DNA from: Paraspadella gotoi
Taxonomy: Eukaryota > Animalia > Chaetognatha
DNA: 11,756 nt
Direction of reading: 5' to 3'
NCBI GenBank assembly: GCA_051294375.1
Contig: CM119265.1
Coordinates: 27,295,969 to 27,307,724 of the forward strand
Numbering within the stretch: position 1 is the stretch's first letter; each line of letters starts with the position of its first letter. A program made the position numbers and the translations under genes. Under the pieces are notes generated by a model that was not told where the DNA came from, ran no database searches, and saw nothing but the letters and a program-made list of their open reading frames with translations. Below are positions 1-11,134 of the stretch, piece after piece.

Positions 1-709
1 CAGTATTTAATTTTAATCTTATTATATTTGTAATAGAGAGAGAACTCGAGGTTTACAATTTATTGAGAGAAAGATTTGCACGATTAACTGGAAAGATTAA
101 TAATAAAGAGAAGACTGTGAAAGAGTCTTGATTTAAAAGCTCGCTTGGTTATTATCTTGTCAGACTAATGGATGACTTAACTTACCCTAGCCTGACCATA
201 GGGAGAGGGCAAGAAAGATAATTGGTTAAATAATTGGATGATTTTATATTAATTGTACTGATTTCATTTNNNNNNNNNNNNNNNNNNNNNNNNNNNNNNN
301 NNNNNNNNNNNNNNNNNNNNNNNNNNNNNNNNNNNNNNNNNNNNNNNNNNNNNNNNNNNNNNNNNNNNNNNNNNNNNNNNNNNNNNNNNNNNNNNNNNNN
401 NNNNNNNNNNNNNNNNNNNNNNNNNNNNNNNNNNNNNNNNNNNNNNNNNNNNNNNNNNNNNNNNNNNNNNNNNNNNNNNNNNNNNNNNNNNNNNNNNNNN
501 NNNNNNNNNNNNNNNNNNNNNNNNNNNNNNNNNNNNNNNNNNNNNNNNNNNNNNNNNNNNNNNNNNNNNNNNNNNNNNNNNNNNNNNNNNNNNNNNNNNN
601 NNNNNNNNNNNNNNNNNNNNNNNNNNNNNNNNNNNNNNNAAGATACGGTAAAGAATTCAATTTGCTCTTCTATGTTTCTCTTTCATTTGGTTTTTGTTTT
701 TCGGACGTG

Positions 710-797
710 CTGTCGTTGTGGTGCTAATCGTTGTCGTCGTCGTCGTTCGTCGTTGTTGTTGTTCGTCGTCGTTGTTGTTGTTCGTCGTCGTCGTCGT
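710..797. repeat. Compound (GTC/GTT)n microsatellite running into a gap
   Basis: Direct inspection; similar (GTC)n tracts at 1435-1462 and 2085-2107. Confidence 0.95.
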
Positions 798-2465
798 NNN
801 NNNNNNNNNNNNNNNNNNNNNNNNNNNNNNNNNNNNNNNNNNNNNNNNNNNNNNNNNNNNNNNNNNNNNNNNNNNNNNNNNNNNNNNNNNNNNNNNNNNN
901 NNNNNNNNNNNNNNNNNNNNNNNNNNNNNNNNNNNNNNNNNNNNNNNNNNNNNNNNNNNNNNNNNNNNNNNNNNNNNNNNNNNNNNNNNNNNNNNNNNNN
1001 NNNNNNNNTTTCGAGGAAGAAAAATATTTTTCATCCTTGACTTCGACATCGCTGAGGTCAAGATTCAAAAATCTTTTCGATTCTGATTTATTTTTTTTTA
1101 TTTGAGTTTTTTATTTTTTCTTTCAAATGTTAAGACAACAAAAAAGAATTAGTTAAAACTGTGTTATATTCTTTGAAAATAATGACGAGTTTTTTTGTTA
1201 AATTCATTTTGTTAAATTCATGGCGAAAAGGGTGTGGTTAAGCAATGAGTTGGAAGAAAATAAAATAAAAAAATCATCAGGGTTATGAATAGAAAATAGG
1301 AAAATATTATATATAAAAAAGTACTTCTGATAAATCCTATTGCTTTAGTTTCTCTTTTCGAACGTTGGGAAGTATATATTTTTTTAAATATCTTGAATTT
1401 GATTTTCATTTCTCCAGGTCATTGTCCAGATTTTCGTCGTCGTCGTCGTCGTCGTCGTCGTTGTCTCTATCGTCAAAGTCGTTATTTTCTTTTAACGCTT
1501 TTATTTCTCGCCTCTTGAATTTTCGATCTTTCTCTCCCTAAATNNNNNNNNNNNNNNNNNNNNNNNNNNNNNNNNNNNNNNNNNNNNNNNNNNNNNNNNN
1601 NNNNNNNNNNNNNNNNNNNNNNNNNNNNNNNNNNNNNNNNNNNNNNNNNNNNNNNNNNNNNNNNNNNNNNNNNNNNNNNNNNNNNNNNNNNNNNNNNNNN
1701 NNNNNNNNNNNNNNNNNNNNNNNNNNNNNNNNNNNNNNNNNNNNNNNNNNNNNNNNNNNNNNNNNNNNNNNNNNNNNNNNNNNNNNNNNNNNNNNNNNNN
1801 NNNNNNNNGAATAACTCGATATTATGAAATAATAAATAAATAATAAAATTATAAATAAGTTTTTCGTTTTTGGAAAAAAACGGAAAGAGAGAAGTAAAGA
1901 AACTTGCAAAAGAAGTGAAAAAGAGTAGAGAAAATAAAGAGAAAAATAGAAAAGCAAAGATAAGAAAAGTAAAAAGAGAAGAAAAGTTAAAGAAATAGAA
2001 AAGTTGAGAGAACATAGAATCCGCTTTGTTAAATCTTCTCCGATTAAATTCGCATAAATTTGCGTCGATGGAAACTTGATCCTTCGTCGTCGTCGTCGTC
2101 GTCGTCGNNNNNNNNNNNNNNNNNNNNNNNNNNNNNNNNNNNNNNNNNNNNNNNNNNNNNNNNNNNNNNNNNNNNNNNNNNNNNNNNNNNNNNNNNNNNN
2201 NNNNNNNNNNNNNNNNNNNNNNNNNNNNNNNNNNNNNNNNNNNNNNNNNNNNNNNNNNNNNNNNNNNNNNNNNNNNNNNNNNNNNNNNNNNNNNNNNNNN
2301 NNNNNNNNNNNNNNNNNNNNNNNNNNTGATTGATAGATAAACGACAAAGTCCATGAGTTATGGCGTTTGTTTGAGAATGGAACCGACGAGAGCAGACACC
2401 TTCTGAAGGGAGACTCTCTGAAGATCATGAAACACGATACAGAAATAAATAAAATGACGAGGTAA

Positions 2466-2574
<109 letters not shown>

Positions 2575-2740
2575 ACCAAGAGAATAAAACTGGAGTTCGA
2601 GAAAGAGAAAAAGATAGAGATGGAAAAAGAAAAAGTGAGAGAGAGAGAGAGAGTGAGAGGAAAAAATAACTCTTCTGAAATGACGACAACGAAAGGCATC
2701 GCCTGACATCGGGCTGTTAAGAGTTTTCCGTTTTTGATAT

Positions 2741-2772
<32 letters not shown>

Positions 2773-3445
2773 AGTCTCGCGTTTCATACATCTCCCCAGC
2801 CATCTCCCTCTTCATTGTTTTTCCCGTAAAAACGTCAGCAACAAAAAAATCAAACTCATCTTTATATTCTCTCTCTCTCTCNNNNNNNNNNNNNNNNNNN
2901 NNNNNNNNNNNNNNNNNNNNNNNNNNNNNNNNNNNNNNNNNNNNNNNNNNNNNNNNNNNNNNNNNNNNNNNNNNNNNNNNNNNNNNNNNNNNNNNNNNNN
3001 NNNNNNNNNNNNNNNNNNNNNNNNNNNNNNNNNNNNNNNNNNNNNNNNNNNNNNNNNNNNNNNNNNNNNNNNNNNNNNNNNNNNNNNGAGAGAGAGAGAG
3101 AGAGAGAGTCGACCAAATCTTCTTCTTCTCTTTAGAATTTCTAACTTCTCTTTCCAACCGCGTTTGTCAACATCTCTATCGTTTTCTTTCAATGAAATTG
3201 GTTGACAGGCTTTGGTGGTTTAAGGCCTCCATCACTCTTACAAGATAATGACATAGCAGATCCCTGCAAGCTTTCAATCAAGACTCTCTCACAGTCTCGT
3301 TTATTCACTCCCATAGTACCTGGATTCCCTATCAATGAAGTGCTTTAATATTTCAGTGTGCCATTCTTTTCTTTCTTTCCTGTCGATTGTGACCAGCCTC
3401 TCTTTCTTTTCTAAATCTGTTGAGATTCTTAATCCTCTCTTTCTT

Positions 3446-3529
3446 CACTGTGCCGATTCTTATCCACTGTGCCGATTCCTATCCTCTGTGCCGATTCCTA
3501 TCCACTGTGCCGATCCCTATCCACTGTGC
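3446..3529 (+). repeat. 19-bp minisatellite, ~4.4 copies
   Basis: Unit cactgtgccgattcctatc starting at 3446, 3465, 3484 and 3503, partial at 3522; 0-1 mismatch per unit, no spacers. Confidence 0.95.
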
Positions 3530-3591
3530 GGTCTTGACCCTTTTTTCTCCCACAACAATAATCTTCCCTTTTTCTTTCGTAAACAACCAAA

Positions 3592-3702
3592 GACGACGAC
3601 AACGACGACAACGACAACGACGACAACGACAACGACGACAACGACGTCGACGACCACGACGACGACAACGACGAGGACGACAACGACAACGACGGCGACG
3701 AC
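3592..3702. repeat. Compound (GAC/AAC)n microsatellite
   Basis: gacgacgacaacgacgacaac...; explains the poly-T/R/V/S pseudo-ORFs here. A (GGA)n tract follows at ~3759-3809. Confidence 0.95.
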
Positions 3703-4390
3703 AAACATCAAAGGGAAACAAATGAATTATCTTTTTTGCCGTCGAAGATTCTTTTGGTGGAGGAGGTAGAGGAGGAGGAGGGGGAGGAGGAGGAGGAGGA
3801 GGAGGAGGGAGAGTTATGCTTCCTTGAAACGAACATCTCATTTTCAATGTTTCTTTTTTTGCGTTTTCTTTTTTCTTTTTTCTTTTTTCTTTTTTCTTTT
3901 TTTTAAAGGTAAACAAAAAAAACCCCCAAAAAACAAACAAATAAAACAAACGATATTATTCTATATTCTTGCAAGGTACTCTATTTCATTAGGTTATTTA
4001 TTTCTCTTTTTTTTAATTTACAATTGTTATTATTTTGTGAAATCTTTTTAAGATAGTTATTGCTTAGATTACGATTATTCAAATTATTTAATTTTAGTTT
4101 TTCTGGCTAATATGTTTTAATTATTCTATGCTGATTTAATTCTTTGAACAATATTTTTACTAATAGATTCTAATTTTGCCTTGCTCTACCGTAAATTATA
4201 CAGCCTGATATCTATTCACTATACTCAACTTTGACCACCATTTTTTTTTGGCCCCAAATCTCAGACCGAAAGTCGAAACCGACACGGAACTCTGGCCTTT
4301 TTGTCGGTTTCCGCCCCAATTTTTTGTCGGGCGTCGATTTTGTCGCTCGTCGCGTCGTCGTCGAGTTTTTAGCCGACGCTTCTTGTCAAA

Positions 4391-4431
<41 letters not shown>

Positions 4432-5038
4432 TTTTTTCTTTTTTCTTTCCCTCTTTCCTTCCTTTCTCTCACACTATCAACTTATTCCCTCCTCTCTTGA
4501 GGTATAGCAAGGTAGAATATTTTTAATAATACAAATTTGTAGTGACTCAAATGACGACAAATAATTTGAGAGTCGTTACAAATTAAATATTTTACTTAAA
4601 GTTTGTTTAAGAATTTTAACTATAATGTATTATTATTATATTGATTAAATATTTTATATTCTGTAATTAAAAAAATTATATGAAGGTCATATAATATTTT
4701 ATCATTAAACGCCAATGAAAACTAAAAAAAAAAATGCCAAAGCATCTCCATTATTTTAAAGAAAAAAAGCTATTGTTTATAAATAAATATATTTCTTTTA
4801 ATTACAGTATTAATATTTAAAATTTAAAATATTTTTGATCATAATCATCGCCCTCCCTCCTCCCTCTCTTTTTTCATTTTCCCCTTTCTCCTTCTGTTCG
4901 TTCTCAAGAGCAAACCTGTCATCATCCTGACTGCTCCTCTTCCTCCTCCTCCTACTCCTCCTCCTCCTCCTCCCAGTCAACGACGATTTTAAAGATCGAC
5001 TTTCCTGATCGGAAATTCAAGCGAATTTGTTTCATCTT

Positions 5039-5160
5039 GAAAACGGAAAGCGAAAGGTTGAAAGTGGAAGCTGGAAAGCGGAAAGCGGAAAGTTGAAAGC
5101 AGAAGGTGGAAAGTTGAAAAGAGTAAGAAGAAGAAAGAAGAGCGTTGAAAGTGGAAAGTC
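5039..5160 (+). repeat. Degenerate 7-bp tandem repeat GAAAG(C/T)(G/T)
   Basis: gaaagtg gaagctg gaaagcg gaaagcg gaaagtt gaaagca gaaggtg gaaagtt ... gaaagtg gaaagtc. Confidence 0.8.
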
Positions 5161-5749
5161 GCCAAAAATTCAAAAAAGGTATCATCAATCATGTGTTGGT
5201 TGAACTTGAATCGGCATAAAAATCTATATTTATTTTTTTAGTTTTTTTTATGAAATTTTAAAATTTCTTTGTTAGAAGCTGTTAGTAACAGTGTTACTAA
5301 TACATATCCTCACCCGACTTACCTCTTTTCCCGTCCAAGAGCATAGATAGAGCCTTACCATAGCAAGATACATACCTTAAGAGTTTAACTATTTTATGTT
5401 AAGTTTTTTATGATTTTTTGTGTACTTTTTTATTTCTAATTATCTAATTATCTAAACCTAAAATTAGTTATCTATGGTTGTATTGTCTTCTGGATATATA
5501 AGTCATACTTATCTTTACAAAGCAAGATTAAACACTTTCCGCCCAATTCTTTTAAATGGATATCCATTGTTTTTTAAAAATTTTATTGTAATCCTACTTT
5601 TTGCATAGTGTCATAGTGTCCATACTGTCTCACATCTCACGCTCCACATCTCGACGCGACGCGCGTCAGACTTTGCCTTTCTCCTCGAACCCGCGACGCC
5701 GACCACAAGTATCCATGGCGACGAATCGCGAAAAGTAAACAAACACAGA

Positions 5750-6275
5750 AGACGATAAAAAAGATAAACAAAAAAGGAGGAGGAGGAGGAGGAGGAGGAG
5801 GAGAGGAATGAGAACGAAATCGCGAGTTCGTGGCCAAAAAATGAATTTGCATGAGTAAATGAGAGGAAAAAAGGATAGGAAAAAGGAAAGAAAATTAGGA
5901 AACGAGGAAGGAAAAAAGGGAAAGGGCCTAGGAAAATAAGGAAAAGAAGGTGAGAGAGAAAAAGGGGAAAGAATGAGAGGAAAAAAAAGGAAAGGGAGGG
6001 AAGAAAAAAAAGGAGAAGAAGGGAGGAAAAAAGGAAAGGAAGGAAGAAAATAAAGGAAAGGGAAGGAGGAAAAGGAAAAGGGATGCAGGAAGGAAAGGAA
6101 AGCGGAGAAGGGAAAAAAGGAAAGAAGATGAAAAGGAGAAGTAAAATATCAACGTATCTACACACAGAAGACGACTTATCAAAAGTTAAAGAAACGAGTG
6201 GTATGAGAGAGAGGAGGTTAGAGAGAGAGAAAGAAAGCAAAAGAGAGAGAGACAGAGATAAAGGTAAGAGAGAGT
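5750..6275 (+). repeat. Long polypurine (A/G) low-complexity tract
   Basis: Almost purely A/G from ~5860 to 6140; includes (GGA)n at 5776-5802. Confidence 0.9.
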
Positions 6276-6392
6276 AAATTATATTATTCCACAACTAAAC
6301 TTAATCCTCAGAATCCACTTGAATAATTTTTTTTCTCTCTTCAACATATGAGTTGATCTTTCCCGCCATTTAACAATAGCGATAGAGAGTGA

Positions 6393-6419
6393 CTCCTCTC
6401 TATTCTCTCTTCTCCTCTC

Positions 6420-6468
<49 letters not shown>

Positions 6469-6498
6469 CTCTCTTCTCTCTCTCTCTCTACTCTATCT
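6393..6498. repeat. Imperfect (CT)n tract at the outer boundary of the left arm
   Basis: Direct inspection; inverted counterpart of (GA)n at 9934-10056. Confidence 0.95.
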
Positions 6499-7680
6499 CA
6501 TCGTCAACGTTCCATGACATTCATATTCAAATGAAAAGTTTACGGACGCTTGCGATCCTCATAAAAATCAGCGACGCCCTTCAGGCCATCGTGCTCGGTC
6601 AGCAGCCGCGGTCCATGACCAACGGATCGAAGCGCCTCCTTTCACGGACCCACACGGTCAAAATTTACGATGCCGCTCAGTCTGGCAATTTCTGGTGGGA
6701 AATTAGGGTAAGGAGAAAAGTGTGGTGCTGAGGGAACGCACGACGGAAATATCTGATCACGCGGTTAGCAGAAGGAATTGGGAGCTGACCCCTAAAGTCG
6801 CCAGTGCTCAAGCTAAGACTCAGTTATTAAGACGAGGGATATTTTTTATTAACCGTTATTCCTTTAGTACTGTACAAATCTCATAGAAGGACAAATGAAA
6901 ATGAAATGGGAATTAAAGAACACAGACAACCCGGGGCAGCCTGTGAAAAACCGCAACGGATTCGGTGTTCAGTGCAGAGTAATTGACGTCTCATTTTATG
7001 AGATTTTGATTTAAATATCATATACATATTGAAGCAGTTTTAGTTTAGTTATCTCATTAATATTTCTTCGTTTTGTAAAAATTTGAAGACATATGATTTC
7101 TGCGACCATGACTTATATATATATGTTATATACCTTTCTGTTCTTTCAGTGTGAGGGACATTGATTTATAAATTTCTAAATACTTTAATGTATATATTCA
7201 GCTAAAATTGAAAATTTGATGTACTTGTGATAAATAGCAGGCATCAGTTCATTAAACAAATTTTGTTTCGTGTAAATGTTTATCTATGACGCATTTTCTT
7301 CTATATCTCCAAACCCACGAAGCCCCCGCAACATCTCAAACCACCTTTCTGCCAGCACCACCTGGCCCACCTGTCCCACCATCAACTCCACCTGCCTCTC
7401 CTCCAAACCACGCTCCCACCCCCCATCTCCAAAAATCGCAATGAGCGTTCCACGCCACACATATATATATAATATTTCCAGTGGTTCCACCCTGCACGGC
7501 GGCGGCGGTCATCGGAGCTCCAAGCACGGCGACCGAACGGACGAACGACGAGACGAAACCGATATTGCAAATGCAGATTTGTTGCTGGTTCTTCTTCCTT
7601 CTGCTCTCCGCGTGGTAGAGAAGGGGCGACTAACCCGTCTTTATCGCGCGCTCGAAGACTCATGCGGATGGCTCTGTCTC
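6499..7680 (+). repeat. Left arm of a long inverted repeat
   Basis: Colinear reverse complement of 8821-9934, e.g. cgatcctcataaaaatcagcgac (~6553-6575) vs gtcgctgatttttatgaggatcg (~9862-9884), and tattcagctaaa vs tttagctgaata. Differences include many small indels. Confidence 0.92.
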
Positions 7681-7876
7681 TCTCTCTCTTCTCTCTCTCT
7701 CTCGTCTCTCTCTCTCTCTCTCTCTCNNNNNNNNNNNNNNNNNNNNNNNNNAACTTTTTGTTTTGATAGCGACTCGTTTTCCCCGATCAGTTCGCGACGT
7801 CCAATCCAAAGCCGATTGGGAAAGAAAGGAAAATCCCGAGATTTAATATTTTTCATTAAATTCGATACGTCGGTTA

Positions 7877-7964
7877 TTGACGGGTTACGTAGCGTCAACG
7901 GGTTACCAAGCGTTGTCGGGGTTACGTAGCGTTGACGGGTTACGTAACGTTGACGGGGTTACGT
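7877..7964 (+). repeat. 18-bp minisatellite, ~5 copies
   Basis: Consensus ttgacgggttacgtagcg starting at 7877, 7895, 7913, 7932 and 7950. Confidence 0.92.
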
Positions 7965-8274
7965 TTTCGTCGTCCCTGCTTCAGCGATTAATGTAGATTT
8001 GTTATGATCCGTCTCCAAAAACAATATTGCGTTATTGTTGTTTGGATCGGTTGTCATGGTTATTTACTAGTCGATATTATGTCAAGTTTCACTTTTGGCT
8101 TCGTCAAAGTCATAATATAGTTTCTCTCAAATCGATTAACTTAAACGTAAATTTCGATTTTGTCCAAGTTTTATTGCGAAATGTTCCGCCAATTAGAAAA
8201 GTTTTCTTCCCGATCGGTTTAAAAGCCTCTTCACTCTCAGCATTTAGTGGATTTGTGATTCGTGTAGCGATAAA

Positions 8275-8277
<3 letters not shown>

Positions 8278-8339
<62 letters not shown>
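8278..8339. repeat. (GTC)n microsatellite
   Basis: Perfect run of ~20 units; (CT)n at 8366-8393 follows into a gap. Confidence 0.98.
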
Positions 8340-8341
<2 letters not shown>

Positions 8342-8361
8342 TTGAAAACATCACTCGCTAT

Positions 8362-8393
<32 letters not shown>

Positions 8394-8647
8394 NNNNNNN
8401 NNNNNNNNNNNNNNNNNNNNNNNNNNNNNNNNNNNNNNNNNNNNNNNNNNNNNNNNNNNNNNNNNNNNNNNNNNNNNNNNNNNNNNNNNNNNNNNNNNNN
8501 NNNNNNNNNNNNNNNNNNNNNNNNNNNNNNNNNNNNNNNNNNNNNNNNNNNNNNNNNNNNNNNNNNNNNNNNNNNNNNNNNNNNNNNNNNNNNNNNNNNN
8601 NNNNNNNNNNNNNNNNNNNNNNNNNNNNNNNNNNNNNNNNNGAGACA

Positions 8648-8775
8648 GAGACAGAGCCACCCGCATGATCTTTGAGCGCGCGATAAACGACGGGTAGTCG
8701 CCCCTTCTTCCTCTCCGCGGAGACAAGAAGGAAGAAAACCGCAAAAATCTCATTTGCATAATCGGGTCTTCGTCG
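8648..8775 (+). repeat. ~128-bp direct duplicate of the start of the right arm (8821-~8950)
   Basis: gagacagagccacccgcatgatctttgagcgcgcgataaacgacgggtagtcgcc vs gagacagagccatccgcatgatccttgagcgcgcgataaagacgggtagtcgcc; a third copy is inverted at ~7550-7680. Confidence 0.9.
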
Positions 8776-8820
8776 AGAGAGAGAGAGAGAGAGAGACGAG
8801 AGAGAGAGAGAAGAGAGAGA

Positions 8821-10059
<1,239 letters not shown>

Positions 10060-10104
10060 GAAAGAGAGAGTGAGACTTCACATTCCCCAATTTCTTATTT
10101 CCAG

Positions 10105-10223
10105 GTGGAACTCCAGCGATGGAACTTTGTGCTGGATGCGGCGGATCAATTGAAGATCGATTTTTGATGAAAGTCATGAAGGAATCTTGGCACGAGACTT
10201 GCCTCGCTTGCTCCGTCTGTCAG
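10105..10223 (+). CDS. Lmx1: Coding exon of a LIM-homeodomain gene (Lmx1/lim-6-like), N-terminal part of LIM domain 1
   Basis: Acceptor tttcttatttccag| and donor CAG|gtaagg. Translates as (x)GTPAMELCAGCGGSIEDRFLMKVMKESWHETCLACSVCQ = C-x2-C-x17-H-x2-C-x2-C-x2-C. DRFLMKV..SWHE.CL.C resembles LMX1 LIM1 (DRFLMRVNESSWHEECLQC, from memory). The LIM domain is near certain; the subfamily is less so. An in-frame ATG lies at 10119 and an alternative in-frame acceptor at 10115-10116. Confidence 0.9.
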
Positions 10224-10472
10224 GTAAGGTAAAGGGTCCGGGACACCTACTCACTCTTTCCTTACTTCCTTTCTTTCTTTCCTTTCTTCACTAACTCACC
10301 AACTCACTTTTGCCTCACTATATCAGTTAAGATCTCTCAGCATTATCTTACCAACTCACTCTTTCCCCACTGCGTCACTTTCTCCCCTAACTTACCAACT
10401 CGCTTTTTCCTTACCGTCTCTCTTATGGTTTTTCATCAAAAAACTTACCGTTAACTTACCCTCTCATCTCAG
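10224..10472 (+). other. 249-bp GT-AG phase-0 intron splitting LIM1
   Basis: gtaagg...catctcag; removing it restores an intact LIM consensus. Confidence 0.88.
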
Positions 10473-10537
10473 GTCCCCCTCTCTCACACTTGTTTCGTCA
10501 AAGATTCCAAACTTTTCTGTCGTCGCGACTACGATAG
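10473..10537 (+). CDS. Lmx1: Next coding exon of the same gene, C-terminal part of LIM domain 1
   Basis: Acceptor ctctcatctcag| and donor AG|gtaagt. The phase-0 join to the previous exon gives VPLSHTCFVKDSKLFCRRDYD(R/S), completing C-x16-C-x2-D. The 16-residue spacing fits Lmx, Lhx1/5 or Lhx3/4 rather than Islet, Apterous or Arrowhead (18). Ends in phase 2. Confidence 0.9.
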
Positions 10538-10693
10538 GTAAGTTCCTCTTCAGCATTTTTGATCCTTTGATGCTGCAATACTGCGATGCTGTGGTGCGGT
10601 TGAGATACTTTGTTCGACCCGACGAAACTCAACTGGTCTGACTAAATATCGACAGGCTTCATTCAAGCCATGCGTTGAAGCAGGGGACTTATT

Positions 10694-10694
<1 letters not shown>

Positions 10695-10735
<41 letters not shown>

Positions 10736-11017
10736 GTTCTCTCCCCGACGTCGAATCGACTTGTCACCTTCAGTTCCTTTTCTTTAATTCTTTTTTTTCA
10801 TTAATTTGTTTTCTATTTTTGTATTTATTTATTTATAAATTTTATTTCCTCTATTCTTTTTTTTTAACGTTTATTTTCCTCCTTATATTTCTTCCGCCAG
10901 GTTCGCGGCGAAGCGAAAAAATGGAATCTCTTTTGTTTTTCGTTTTTCTATTTTTAGATTCGATTCCGCCATTTTATTTTTTATATTTTGAGAAAGGAGG
11001 GGGTTTATGCAATGAAG

Positions 11018-11051
<34 letters not shown>

Positions 11052-11134
11052 TCATGTTTATTTAATGCGGCGCCTCGGCGCTTTAGAGAGAGTTATATAA
11101 AGGGAGGGGCAAAATCAGAGAGAGAGAGAGAGAG
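10695..11134. repeat. Intronic simple repeats: (CT)n 10695-10730, T-rich tract, (GAC)n 11018-11050, (GA)n 11117-11134
   Basis: Direct inspection. Confidence 0.9.

Noticed and set aside
3446-3529. 19-bp (and 18-bp at 7877) repeats as CRISPR arrays
   Set aside because: Head-to-tail units with no unique spacers, no cas genes, and a eukaryotic context.
5609-5734. CpG-rich segment after ttgcatag as an upstream exon
   Set aside because: Weak donor (aaaa|gtaaac), the frames I tested are not phase-compatible with 10105, and the peptide is unrecognisable.
10596-10650. Hairpin gttgag...gaaactcaac resembling a type III hammerhead
   Set aside because: Lacks the CUGANGA core and stem I in the required position.
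10901-10991. Possible next exon after cttccgccag| reading (R)FAAK
   Set aside because: It continues RKNGISFVF... without the C-x2-C of LIM2 and soon hits a stop. LIM2 is probably beyond the window or in a gap.
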